From: a virus
Direction: 5' to 3' (one strand)
IMG/VR virus record: IMGVR_UViG_3300000976_000011
Coordinates: 1-64,000 of that record
Length of the DNA: 64,000 nucleotides
The notes beneath the pieces were generated by a model that saw only the letters and a program-made list of their open reading frames with translations, made no database searches and was not told the DNA's origin. Position numbers and translations under genes: made by a program. This document shows, piece after piece, positions 38,090 through 47,714 of this stretch (position 1 is its first letter; each line of letters begins with the position of its first letter).

Positions 38090-38480
38090 ACATTTCTCCG
38101 AAAGTGCCATGATTACCTTTATGGGATGGTGGAAGCCATCCTTCCGGCTTCATTAAATCAGGAAAACCAAAAGGATTGGGTCTACCTTCTTTAATTCCTC
38201 TAATTTTTGCAAGATTAGCATTCATAACTTCAGAATAAGCTTTATCTGAATCTACTTTAAACAAATCAAGCGTACCTAAACAAAATACAATAATATCTAT
38301 TAATGCATCTACTATTTCTTCTGGATTTTCTTCGTCTACGGCATCACATAATTCAAAATATTCTTCTTGAATCATATTAAGCCTTAAATCCAAATGATCT
38401 CGATGTCCTTGGTTATCTAAATATTTTATTACGTCATGGAAGTCAAATTTGGCGTGCATTTTTTCTATTAAATCGATCAT
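38079..38480 (-). CDS. MazG/PRA-PH-like dNTP pyrophosphohydrolase (candidate dCTPase)
   Basis: IQEEY.EL..A....EIVDALID, V..ANLAK, KPEGW.PP. Confidence 0.85.
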   Translation of the reverse strand: MIDLIEKMHAKFDFHDVIKYLDNQGHRDHLDLRLNMIQEEYFELCDAVDEENPEEIVDALIDIIVFCLGTLDLFKVDSDKAYSEVMNANLAKIRGIKEGRPNPFGFPDLMKPEGWLPPSHKGNHGTFGEMYDQ

Positions 38481-38528
38481 GAAACTCTTTTATTGTTTTG
38501 GTTATTGTTTTCATAATATAAAATATCC

Positions 38529-38771
38529 TTATTCTTCTAATCTATCTTGATTAGATTTCCAGCTTACATACTTTAACGTAAATTCATCCTTAAATCTAGT
38601 TTTATTTATTTTATTATATTCGGTGATCTTCGTAAACACCCAAACGAAATATTGATTACATGAATCAAATATTTTTCCTTTATCCTTTTCTATATCAAAT
38701 ATAGCTTCATACATTTTAAGTTCTTTTACTGGAACCTTTTTACGCTTTTTAGCTTTAACTTTTTTTACCAT
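38529..38771 (-). CDS. hypothetical basic protein
   Basis: Packed ORF. Confidence 0.55.
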   Translation of the reverse strand: MVKKVKAKKRKKVPVKELKMYEAIFDIEKDKGKIFDSCNQYFVWVFTKITEYNKINKTRFKDEFTLKYVSWKSNQDRLEE

Positions 38772-39030
38772 CAATATATGCCATGTAAATTATAAAACAT
38801 AATGTAGAGAATAGAAATAATCCTAGACCAATTAATTCATAAAATTCAGCTATTATAACTGAACTTATACAAGATAATAAATATATTATATTTGATTTAG
38901 ATGAAATAATTCCATTATAAATCCATTTTAAAATATACCAAAAAGTTACGGCTATTCCTACAGATATAAACTGTACACAAAATACATAAAAGCCAAGTTC
39001 GTATAAAATTTCTTCTTTATTCCATTTCAT
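38755..39030 (-). CDS. membrane protein
   Basis: Three hydrophobic segments. Confidence 0.6.
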   Translation of the reverse strand: MKWNKEEILYELGFYVFCVQFISVGIAVTFWYILKWIYNGIISSKSNIIYLLSCISSVIIAEFYELIGLGLFLFSTLCFIIYMAYIDGKKS

Positions 39031-39075
39031 AATCTTTTATTATATAACATTTGTTAACTTTATGTTCGTTTATTA

Positions 39076-39270
39076 CTAAGATGTAATGAATTCGTAGAAT
39101 TTTTTATTCTGCAGAGCTAAAACATGTATAATATAGAATCCTAATACTATACCTGTTGCGTAATATCTCCCTACTTCGAATGTTAAATAAAACATTGCAT
39201 ATAATGGTATAACTAGAGTCAATAATGATAAACTCACAACTTCTAAATATGTCTTTATAATAAATTTCAT
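39076..39270 (-). CDS. small membrane protein
   Basis: Two hydrophobic segments. Confidence 0.6.
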   Translation of the reverse strand: MKFIIKTYLEVVSLSLLTLVIPLYAMFYLTFEVGRYYATGIVLGFYIIHVLALQNKKFYEFITS

Positions 39271-40058
39271 AATTTAACTACCTCGTCTACGTATTCCACA
39301 AAACTTTTTCTATTTCTAGTAAAGTCCAAGATTTCTCCATCTACTGCAGCCAGTAGATGTCCACTTATAGATATTAAATAATTTTTCTTATCAAGCTGTC
39401 CAATTAATCCTTTTACAGAATATCCTTTAGACTTGGCTCTATATCCTGCATATGTTCTCTGCCTATCAAATTTATGAACTCTAACTAATTTATAACCTAA
39501 AATTTTAAGAGCTTTATTTGATACATAATGAGGAGTTCCTCTTCTAAATTTCCTACCGCTTTCGGCTAAAGTTTTATGCACTACAGAATAATCCAAACCT
39601 GTTGCTAAAGTGATTGCTTTTACAACACAGTCATTAGTTTCACCAAATTTCTTAGTCTGTTCTTTGACTGCTTCATATTTTTTCCAATTTTCAGTATCTC
39701 TGTATGATAAATCTATTGGCTTACGAACTCTGGGTTTAGATTTTCTTTCTAATTCTTTAGCTTTAAAAGCTTCAATAGCTTCAGGAGTCATACCATAAGT
39801 TTTATCCCAATTAACTTTTAAAGAATATCGTTCATAACCAGAATATCCTCGATAGTTGTAAAATAAAGCGGCTTGATAATATCTTTTACCATTAGTGACT
39901 ATAGCATAATCATCGCAATGACCTCTATAATTTGATAAGAGTTTTTCATTATTTTTGCGTTTAAATTCTTCAACAATTTCCATGTCAGCCCATTTTGGGT
40001 CAACTACGAAATCAGAGTCATATCCGGTATTATTCTTTACCCATTTAGAAAGTTTCAT
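39267..40058 (-). CDS. hypothetical protein with papain-like Cys/His motifs
   Basis: NDCVVKAI.LA.G.DY and GHL.A.VDG. Confidence 0.6.
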   Translation of the reverse strand: MKLSKWVKNNTGYDSDFVVDPKWADMEIVEEFKRKNNEKLLSNYRGHCDDYAIVTNGKRYYQAALFYNYRGYSGYERYSLKVNWDKTYGMTPEAIEAFKAKELERKSKPRVRKPIDLSYRDTENWKKYEAVKEQTKKFGETNDCVVKAITLATGLDYSVVHKTLAESGRKFRRGTPHYVSNKALKILGYKLVRVHKFDRQRTYAGYRAKSKGYSVKGLIGQLDKKNYLISISGHLLAAVDGEILDFTRNRKSFVEYVDEVVKL

Positions 40059-40331
40059 TTATAGAATTAAAGCAAATTGATTGTTTATTTTAACATATGT
40101 TAAGAAAGCTTCATAATAATTTTTGTTTAAAATTAGAACGTTCATAACTTTTTCATTTTTATAAATGGGAGTCATGTCTATATATTCTTCAAGATATCCG
40201 TGAGATTCTATTAACTCTAAATTCTTAGGTACTTTATTTTGTTTTATGTCTTCTATAAACTGCTCTAGATAACAACTCATTTTTAGATTATTTTTATTAA
40301 TAAATGCTAAAATTTTATTTAAATCTTTCAT
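40059..40331 (-). CDS. hypothetical protein
   Basis: First ORF behind early promoter. Confidence 0.65.
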   Translation of the reverse strand: MKDLNKILAFINKNNLKMSCYLEQFIEDIKQNKVPKNLELIESHGYLEEYIDMTPIYKNEKVMNVLILNKNYYEAFLTYVKINNQFALIL

Positions 40332-40350
40332 AATATAAATTTCCTATTTG

Positions 40351-40395
40351 TTTAACTGATATAAAGATTATATCATATCTGATGGAAAAGTAAAC
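40351..40395 (-). promoter_or_regulatory. sigma70-type early promoter at start of left arm
   Basis: GTTTACT...TATAAT followed by ATCAGTTAAA. Confidence 0.85.
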
Positions 40396-40437
40396 ACTCA
40401 GAATCCTTATAAATAATAATAATAAAATCATATTGTT

Positions 40438-41019
40438 ATGAGAGAATTAGAAAATAATAAGTATTTTATTTGGTATAGAGATCTTTGCAACTCTAGGCAA
40501 AAATTGAATCGAACTAAATCTGAATGTTATTATGAAGAGCATCATATTATGCCTAGGTCTTTAGGTGGTACTGATGACAGAGAGAATTTAGTACTTCTTA
40601 CACCTAGAGAACACTATATAGCTCATTTATTATTAACTAAATTTACCTATGGTAAATCTAAAGTAAAAATGAATCACGCTTTATGGAGAATGGCTTGTTG
40701 TAATGGAATTATCATTAATAGTAGATTATATCAAACATTAAAAGAATCTATATCACAAGAATTATCGGAAAGAAATTCTTCAATTAGATCTCATACATTT
40801 TCTGGTTGGTATATTACACCTTTCGGAAAATTTATTTCTTCCAGACAAGCATCAGAATCTATAAAGAACAAACTAAGTTACAAATTAATTCAGGCTTATT
40901 GCAAGAGAAATAATACAAAATTAACAAATAGATCAAATATAAAAACTAAATATTTTCAAGAAGAAGATATAGGAAAATCATTTAAAGAGTTAGGATTTTC
41001 TTTCCAGGAAATACAATGA
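40438..41019 (+). CDS. HNH homing endonuclease
   Basis: EEHHIMPRSLGG..NL..LTPREHYIAH; YITPFG and GKSFKELGF C-terminal domain; TATAAATA at 40408. Confidence 0.92.
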   Translation: MRELENNKYFIWYRDLCNSRQKLNRTKSECYYEEHHIMPRSLGGTDDRENLVLLTPREHYIAHLLLTKFTYGKSKVKMNHALWRMACCNGIIINSRLYQTLKESISQELSERNSSIRSHTFSGWYITPFGKFISSRQASESIKNKLSYKLIQAYCKRNNTKLTNRSNIKTKYFQEEDIGKSFKELGFSFQEIQ

Positions 41020-42485
41020 CAAAAGTAGAATTAATAAAAATAGACGAGTCTTATTCTCAAATAGTTTGTGAAAGAGCTCAAATGTATGAACTTTCAGATG
41101 AACTAACATTCAAAGTTGATGGTGCTCATTGGTCTCCAGCTTTTCGCAACGGGTTTTGGGATGGAAAGATAAGACTGCTCAACAAAAATGGTCAACTCTA
41201 TACTGGATTGGCTGACTTTGTGAAAAACTTTTGTAAGCAAAGAAATTATAAATTTTCAGGCTTGGGTTTTGCTGAAGAAAAGGAAATTAATCCAGACAAA
41301 TTAATGAAAAATATTATGTCTTGGAATCCTACAAGATATGATGATAATCAAAAAAGAGTTCCTTTAAAACCACACAAAGAACAAATGATGGCTATTTACG
41401 CTGCTCTTTTAAAAAAGAGACTTATAGTTGAATCGGCTACTGCTGCAGGTAAGTCATTTATTGTTTGTACTCTTACAAGAATTCTTAGTAGAAATAAAAC
41501 ATTAATTATTGTTCCGAGGGTTGATTTAGCCAATCAAATGTTGGAAAACTATCATGAGTATTTTGAGAATTGGGATCCTACTATAGATCTATTATACTCT
41601 GGTCAAAAATTAACTGGTGCTGATATTTTGATTGGTACTTGGCAGTCTTTAGCCAAAAGACCTAAATCATTTTTCGAACAATTTAAAACCGTAATTTATG
41701 ATGAAGTTCACGAAGCTGAATCTAAATCTGCTTGTAAAATATTAGAATCTTGCACAAATGCTGAATTCAGAATAGGTCTTACAGGAACTCTAAAAGATGC
41801 TAAAACTCACCAATTAACTTTACAAGGATTATTCGGTAAAAACTATAAATTTAGTAGAGCGATTGATAATATCAACAAAGGTGTATCAGCTAAATTAGAT
41901 ATATTAGTGCAAAAATTAAATTATGATGTTCCTCTACAAGGCAAATTTGAAACAGGTAGTGAAAAATATATGGCAGAATTAGAGTATATTTGGCTACATA
42001 AAGCCAGAAATGCTCACATATATAATACTGCTAATAAATTAAAAGGAACAACATTAGTTTTATTTAAAAATACAGCTCATGGCGAGTTAATGTATAAAGA
42101 ATATAGAGAAAAGTATGGCGACAAAAATATCTTTATTATTCATGGTGGTATAGACAAAGAAAAACGTAAAAAAATACGTCAATACATAATGGCGCACCCT
42201 GAAGATGATATTTTACTTTTTGCATCTTTAGGAACATTTAGTACAGGTATAAATATTAAAACGATTAAAGCAGCTATATTAGCTGGGCCACTGAAAGATA
42301 AAATAAAATTACTTCAATCTATTGGTAGAGGTTTACGTGTAACTAATGATGGAGCAGGCTTTTTATTCATTGATTTGGTAGACATTATTCCAAACGCGAA
42401 TATTTTAAAGAAACATGGAATTGAGAGAGTCAATAGATATATTGAAGAGGAATTTTCATATAAAGTAGAACAAATTAAACTTTAG
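41016..42485 (+). CDS. uvsW: UvsW SF2 helicase
   Basis: WDGKIRL, ATAAGKS, DEVH, GLTGT, FSTGINI, QSIGRGLR. Confidence 0.96.
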   Translation: MTKVELIKIDESYSQIVCERAQMYELSDELTFKVDGAHWSPAFRNGFWDGKIRLLNKNGQLYTGLADFVKNFCKQRNYKFSGLGFAEEKEINPDKLMKNIMSWNPTRYDDNQKRVPLKPHKEQMMAIYAALLKKRLIVESATAAGKSFIVCTLTRILSRNKTLIIVPRVDLANQMLENYHEYFENWDPTIDLLYSGQKLTGADILIGTWQSLAKRPKSFFEQFKTVIYDEVHEAESKSACKILESCTNAEFRIGLTGTLKDAKTHQLTLQGLFGKNYKFSRAIDNINKGVSAKLDILVQKLNYDVPLQGKFETGSEKYMAELEYIWLHKARNAHIYNTANKLKGTTLVLFKNTAHGELMYKEYREKYGDKNIFIIHGGIDKEKRKKIRQYIMAHPEDDILLFASLGTFSTGINIKTIKAAILAGPLKDKIKLLQSIGRGLRVTNDGAGFLFIDLVDIIPNANILKKHGIERVNRYIEEEFSYKVEQIKL

Positions 42486-42627
42486 GTTCATAGTCGAAGC
42501 CTATTTCTTTAAATGTTTTACCTATAATTTTAAGACCTAGAGCTTTAAGATATTTAGATTGACACTGGCTTCTTAAACAAATTATTTTATCTGAATTTTT
42601 ACACCATCTATCATCAGAATTAGCATG
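42475..42627 (-). pseudogene. homing endonuclease remnant (C-terminal domain only)
   Basis: RWCKNSDK..SKYLKALG.KIIGKTFKEIGF out of frame with the ATG that follows AAGGAG. Confidence 0.7.
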
Positions 42628-42655
42628 TGTCAGCTCCTTATAAATATATTTAATA

Positions 42656-42711
42656 GAGGGACAGCAATTGTGCTCCATTGTTGAATTAAGCTGTAACTTA
42701 ATTCTAACCTC
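42656..42711 (-). ncRNA. structured endonuclease-leader RNA, copy A
   Basis: GAGGTTAG...AACAATGGAG..CAATTGCTGTCCCTC, shared with 51611-51669. Confidence 0.7.
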
Positions 42712-42747
42712 ATATAAATATTTATTAAAAATAACAAATTAAAAATT

Positions 42748-42987
42748 ATGAACTTAATAGAAGAATTGGAAGGAATTTTCGAAGTGGAAAATAATATCAT
42801 TTTAGATATCAACTTTGTAGGTTCTGAAGAAGATGCAATGAAAGTTGCTAAACAAAATGGTATTAAATTTAAAGGATCGAAAATGTCTGGTCCTAAAGAT
42901 ATGGTAATGAAATTTCTTACAAGCGATCAAAAAGTATTTAATATTGATGATTTAAAGAAAGAACAGCCAAATCTATTTAAAGGTTAA
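42748..42987 (+). CDS. late hypothetical protein
   Basis: TATAAATA at 42713; followed by terminator. Confidence 0.65.
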   Translation: MNLIEELEGIFEVENNIILDINFVGSEEDAMKVAKQNGIKFKGSKMSGPKDMVMKFLTSDQKVFNIDDLKKEQPNLFKG

Positions 42988-43008
42988 AAATAATTAATAT
43001 TTAAAATA

Positions 43009-43052
43009 TTCAAAAAGATTAAGTTATGTATAGCCGGCTTAATCTTTTTGAA
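43009..43052 (+). terminator. intrinsic (bidirectional) terminator
   Basis: TTCAAAAAGATTAAG/CTTAATCTTTTTGAA inverted repeat. Confidence 0.75.
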
Positions 43053-43073
43053 AATAATTATATTATGCGAACA

Positions 43074-43103
43074 GTTTACATTTAATGAAAAATAGTATAT
43101 AAT
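43074..43103 (+). promoter_or_regulatory. sigma70-type promoter
   Basis: GTTTACA-17 nt-TATAAT. Confidence 0.8.
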
Positions 43104-43323
43104 AAAAAAATTACAGCATTAATTATAAATTCTGATTTATAAAGTTAACTTTTCGATGGAACCGAAAAGAAGATTGGAACAATCTTTACATATTTATTTT
43201 ATATAATATAGATATTAAGAAAATCTATAAGAACCTTCTTATTATAATACAAAAAGGATCTAATGTATAATAAGAAATATAATAAAGCCAGATAAGGCTT
43301 AAAAGTCGATAAAAATAATAAGA

Positions 43324-43812
43324 ATGACTAAAAAGAAAAATGAATACTATATAGAACCTAAAGTCTTTATACCAGAACTTAAAGCTTGGAAAGAAGCTAG
43401 AGCTCTTGATCCTTCAGTACAGTGGAGCGATAGTTTATGTAAAAAGTTTATGAAGATTATTGAAGGTTTATCCCACCATAAAAGTTTTTCAGGCTATAGT
43501 TATATAGATGAAATGAAAGACGAAGCATTGTTTCATATTATGAAATATGGCCATAATTATAATCCCGATAAGTTAGATGATAAAGGAAGACCATATAATC
43601 CATTTTCTTATTATAATAGAATTGCTTGGCAAGCTTTTGTTTCTATCATTAATAAAGAAAAACATCAGCAAATGATTAAAGGTGAATATTTAAGAAAGAA
43701 TTATACTTTAGATAGCGAATTATTTCTTGATGGAGCTGAAGATCACACTCAAGCATTAGACATGATGGCAAAAATGTATGATGTAAAATCTAAAGAGACA
43801 GAAGATAAATGA
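43324..43812 (+). CDS. 55: late sigma factor (gp55)
   Basis: KI.EGLS....F.GYSY.DEM.D, Y..N..P, NPFSY...IAW.AF...I.KEK.Q. Confidence 0.93.
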   Translation: MTKKKNEYYIEPKVFIPELKAWKEARALDPSVQWSDSLCKKFMKIIEGLSHHKSFSGYSYIDEMKDEALFHIMKYGHNYNPDKLDDKGRPYNPFSYYNRIAWQAFVSIINKEKHQQMIKGEYLRKNYTLDSELFLDGAEDHTQALDMMAKMYDVKSKETEDK

Positions 43813-43991
43813 AAGTAACTATAAAGAAAAGTATTAATTTAGAAATAAGTGGTAAGACCATTGAAATTTCAGAAGATGCAGCAAGAAATTTATTAGACCA
43901 ACTGGAAGATGTAATTAACGAATTGGATTATGAAGAAACAGAATTTGTTTTTAATTCAACAAAAATTAAATGGCCACCGGAGATTATATAA
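43809..43991 (+). CDS. hypothetical protein
   Basis: ATGA overlap. Confidence 0.55.
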   Translation: MKVTIKKSINLEISGKTIEISEDAARNLLDQLEDVINELDYEETEFVFNSTKIKWPPEII

Positions 43992-44221
43992 TGAGATTAT
44001 TAGATTTAGAAACCGACATAGCTTTATATCATACTAATACTATTTGTGAGTTGATACGTGATAAGATTAATGAACAAAAGAAAGAAGTGTGTTATCCTCC
44101 TGAAGATTTCGAAGAGAAACTTCCTATGGATAACGAGATTATTATGAGTCTCATAGAGAATGAATTCAAAGAAGATTTCACTATTATAAAAAGAGCAGAA
44201 GACATTTTAATTAAATGGTAA
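43970..44221 (+). CDS. hypothetical protein
   Basis: Packed ORF. Confidence 0.55.
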   Translation: MATGDYIMRLLDLETDIALYHTNTICELIRDKINEQKKEVCYPPEDFEEKLPMDNEIIMSLIENEFKEDFTIIKRAEDILIKW

Positions 44222-44227
44222 TACATA

Positions 44228-45304
44228 ATGACGAATAAAAAGGTCGTTATATTAGGCGACACTCATTTCGGATTTAAAAAAGCTTCAGATATATTTTCAA
44301 ATTATTTCGAAGACTTCTTAACAAATCAATTCTTTCCTTACTTGGAAGAGCACGATATTAAAGTAGTTATTCAATTAGGTGATCTTCTTGATAGCAGAAA
44401 ATATATTAATGCTAAAACTTTAAAATTTGTTAATGAAAAATATTTAGAAGAATTTGAAAAGAGAAAAATAACTCTCTATCAAATGGTAGGTAATCATGAT
44501 GTCTATTATAAAAATACCAATAAAATCAATTGGATAGATAACATACTAAGTTTTAGTAATTACGAATATGTCAATTTTTGTGATTCGTGGGAAACTTACG
44601 AGATATTTGGTGAGAAGTTTGATATTATTCCATGGATCAACGAAGAAAATGAATCTAAAATTTTTGACTTTATGGACAAGTCTAATTCTAAGTATCTATT
44701 TGGTCATCTAGAATTATCAGGTTTCGAGTTAACTCCTGGCCATTTTTCACAACATGGTCATTCTGTTAAACCATTTAAGAAATATGATAAAGTAGTTTCA
44801 GGACATTATCATATAAGAAGCAAGAAAGGTAATATTACATATGCAGGTATTCCTTATCAATTAACTTGGTCAGATTGTGACGATAAGAAAGGTTTCTGGG
44901 TTTTAGATGTAGAATCTAATAGAATGACTCATAAAGTTAACCCTAGAGCTATTTTTAAACGTATAGAATATGATGAAGACTTTATAGATATAAAAGATTT
45001 TGATTTTAATAGTTATGAAAATTCTTATGTTAAAGTATTTGTCAGGAACAAGAAGGATGATGCAAAATACAATGATTTCGTTACACGGCTTAATTCTATA
45101 GCAGTATATGATTTATCCATTATCACAAATAATGAAATCATAACTAACGATATAGATATTGAAGGTTTAGAAGTAGAAGACACTTTAACTATTCTTAGAA
45201 AATTTATTTTAAAGAATGTAAATGACAATATGAACTCAGATAATATAGTAAAACATGTAGAAAATTTATATAATGAAGGTCTAATTTTAATGAAGGATGT
45301 ATAA
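44228..45304 (+). CDS. 47: recombination endonuclease subunit (gp47, Mre11-like)
   Basis: GDTHFG, LGD.LD.RK, GNHD, GHLE, SGHYH. Confidence 0.96.
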   Translation: MTNKKVVILGDTHFGFKKASDIFSNYFEDFLTNQFFPYLEEHDIKVVIQLGDLLDSRKYINAKTLKFVNEKYLEEFEKRKITLYQMVGNHDVYYKNTNKINWIDNILSFSNYEYVNFCDSWETYEIFGEKFDIIPWINEENESKIFDFMDKSNSKYLFGHLELSGFELTPGHFSQHGHSVKPFKKYDKVVSGHYHIRSKKGNITYAGIPYQLTWSDCDDKKGFWVLDVESNRMTHKVNPRAIFKRIEYDEDFIDIKDFDFNSYENSYVKVFVRNKKDDAKYNDFVTRLNSIAVYDLSIITNNEIITNDIDIEGLEVEDTLTILRKFILKNVNDNMNSDNIVKHVENLYNEGLILMKDV

Positions 45305-45573
45305 TGATTAAAGAATATACATCTAGTGCTATATTTGAGTATAGTAAAAAGCAAATTAAGTTCTTTGGGCCATATTCTATATTGGACATGAATCTAGCAG
45401 TTCTTAATATCTATAATTTAATTGTTAGTTTGTCTGATTTAGAATCATTTAAATTTGAGATAGATTCAGAAGAGTATAACTATATTGATATAGAGTATAA
45501 AATATTAGGATCAAAATTAACTATTATGTCGTTTTCTCCAGAATACTCAACTATTACGGAATACAATGAATAA
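45304..45573 (+). CDS. hypothetical protein
   Basis: TAATG overlap. Confidence 0.55.
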   Translation: MIKEYTSSAIFEYSKKQIKFFGPYSILDMNLAVLNIYNLIVSLSDLESFKFEIDSEEYNYIDIEYKILGSKLTIMSFSPEYSTITEYNE

Positions 45574-45844
45574 TCAAGAAATATTAAATTTGCCAATTAA
45601 AACCTGGTATGAGCCAGTAACTATTAGAGAATTCTTAAAAGATCTTTTAAAGGTTTTAATTGTTGAACAGGAATCTTTTTCAGGAAAACGACCTTTCGGA
45701 GATTCGGATTGGTTTTGGGTTTTATCTGAGCCTTTAGTAACGTATAAGCTTATAGATGGCAAATGCGACGATAATGGAATGATAGAAGATTTTAATCACC
45801 AAGAAGCCGAAGATTTATTTTTAAAACTTATAGATGCATTATGA
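45566..45844 (+). CDS. hypothetical protein
   Basis: TIREFLK.LL......FSGKRPFGDSDW phage family pattern. Confidence 0.75.
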   Translation: MNNQEILNLPIKTWYEPVTIREFLKDLLKVLIVEQESFSGKRPFGDSDWFWVLSEPLVTYKLIDGKCDDNGMIEDFNHQEAEDLFLKLIDAL

Positions 45845-46038
45845 AAAATAAAGAAACAGATATAGAGTATAATTTAATTAGAATGAATTTATGGAAAGAT
45901 GCATGGGTTTCAACAGCAAATTCTAGCTCATGCCGACTAACAGAAACTGCTACAAAATATGCTGATATAGCATTAACAGAGTTCGATATAAGATTTCCTA
46001 AGAATAGTATCTTTCCGGATACTTTGAATAATATTTAG
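45841..46038 (+). CDS. hypothetical protein
   Basis: ATGA overlap. Confidence 0.55.
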   Translation: MKNKETDIEYNLIRMNLWKDAWVSTANSSSCRLTETATKYADIALTEFDIRFPKNSIFPDTLNNI

Positions 46039-46528
46039 CAAAAGTTTTATCATACTTGTAAAAATCGCGGTATGCCTGTACAGGATCATTATTATGATAT
46101 TTTTCAGGCATACATTGCGGAAAGTGAGTAATACCTTTATCCTGTAGTGAATCTGGAGCATAAGCCAATATATCTATTAGTTTAGTTTCACTAAGATGAT
46201 CGTTATTAAACCGCCTGCGGAACTCTTTACATAATTCGCTCCACATTTCATACATAAATTCGTAATTTGCTTTTGATTCTCGAACCCAAATAGCACTTGG
46301 ATGATTTACGTGAGTGGCTTTATATAATACATTTTCAAGAGCTTTATCAGGATGTTTCCACCGTTTAATTTTACGGCCTGATGAATCGTCAATGTATAAT
46401 TCGCCATCAAGCATACGATGAGCTGTAGACATCATTTGAGCATATTCAATAGGCATTTTTAAAACGTGCTCATTACAATGCATTTGCGCAGCTTTAATGG
46501 GATCTTGGTGTAATAAGAAAATGTTAAT
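45998..46528 (-). CDS. pyrimidine-dimer DNA glycosylase/endonuclease V-like protein (probable ATT start)
   Basis: [M]NIF.L..DP..AAQ.HC..HV.KM..EYAQM, THVNHPS..W, PQCMP, AYR.FY. Confidence 0.85.
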   Translation of the reverse strand: MNIFLLHQDPIKAAQMHCNEHVLKMPIEYAQMMSTAHRMLDGELYIDDSSGRKIKRWKHPDKALENVLYKATHVNHPSAIWVRESKANYEFMYEMWSELCKEFRRRFNNDHLSETKLIDILAYAPDSLQDKGITHFPQCMPEKYHNNDPVQAYRDFYKYDKTFAKYYSKYPERYYS

Positions 46529-46589
46529 GTTCTTTCTCCATAATAATCTTTAATTTATAAATATCACTATAAACCAAAAGATAACAAAT

Positions 46590-47216
46590 ATGAATAGACA
46601 TTTAAAAAGATATAATAAACTTATAGAATTTTTTAAAAATAATCCTAGAGACGGTCATTGCGAACTACATCATATTATACCTAAATGTATGAGTGGAACG
46701 GATGATAAAAATAATTTAATATTATTACCAACCAAGGCTCATTTTATTGCTCATTACTTACTTCATAAAGCATATCCAGATAATATAAAATTATCTCAAG
46801 CTTTTTCTATGATGTGCGTAAATAACAAAAGTCAAAAAAGAAGAAATACAGGAAAACTTTATGAAATTTCTAAAATAGCTAGATCTAATGCATTGAAAGG
46901 GGTTCCTAGACCTGAATGGGTAAAAGAAAAACTCAGAGTTCCTAAAAAGTCAAAAAAGAATTATATTGGTAGAAAACTATCAAAAGAAACTAAAGATAAA
47001 ATATCTAAAGCTAACAAGGGTAAAGCATTTTCTGAAGAACATAAAAAGAATTTAAGAATCTCAATGGAAAAAGTTTATCAAAAAAGAACAGAAAAAAGAA
47101 ATACAAAGGCTAAATCCTTTCAAGCTCTTTTTGATCAATTTGAAGGAACAAAGAAAGAATTCGCTAAAAGCCAACATGTAAATTATAGTACAATGAAAGG
47201 ATATTTGAGAAAATAA
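46590..47216 (+). CDS. HNH homing endonuclease with NUMOD3
   Basis: ELHHIIPKCMSG.DD..NL..L....HFIAH; SKETKDKIS; TATAAATA at 46556. Confidence 0.9.
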   Translation: MNRHLKRYNKLIEFFKNNPRDGHCELHHIIPKCMSGTDDKNNLILLPTKAHFIAHYLLHKAYPDNIKLSQAFSMMCVNNKSQKRRNTGKLYEISKIARSNALKGVPRPEWVKEKLRVPKKSKKNYIGRKLSKETKDKISKANKGKAFSEEHKKNLRISMEKVYQKRTEKRNTKAKSFQALFDQFEGTKKEFAKSQHVNYSTMKGYLRK

Positions 47217-47262
47217 AAATAATTAGATATGATAGTATACTTCAACTAAAAAGAGGTTTATA

Positions 47263-47484
47263 ATGATTGAATGGCCAAAAGAATATGTTGTAGACATTGA
47301 GAAGCCACCTATAGGGCCTCCAAATAGAGAACAATATTGTGGTATATTTTCATCAGGTGAAACTTCTGCATCTATTTTACAGGGTAAAAAGTGGAGTAAA
47401 TATATAGATGAATATCGAGATGCTCTCTATAATGATAAAAATGAGAGAATTTTACCAAAACTAGGAAAATTAGATTTAGAATGA
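47263..47484 (+). CDS. hypothetical protein
   Basis: GAGG SD. Confidence 0.6.
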   Translation: MIEWPKEYVVDIEKPPIGPPNREQYCGIFSSGETSASILQGKKWSKYIDEYRDALYNDKNERILPKLGKLDLE

Positions 47485-47714
47485 TAAAAGATAAAGAATG
47501 TATATTATTTTTCGCTTTCAGATATTCTTTAAAAAGACAAACTTATGCACCTAGCGTAGTTTGTGAAGAATTATTGAATTGTTGGCAAGATTTAAGTCAT
47601 AACGCTAAATTATCTATTTACAAAGAAATTAAAGATGATTATGATGATTTAGATTATATTAATAAAAAGATTTGGGATCAAATAATAGAAAAATATGAGT
47701 CAGAAATTAAATAG
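47481..47714 (+). CDS. hypothetical protein
   Basis: AFRYSL.R.TY motif. Confidence 0.7.
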   Translation: MIKDKECILFFAFRYSLKRQTYAPSVVCEELLNCWQDLSHNAKLSIYKEIKDDYDDLDYINKKIWDQIIEKYESEIK

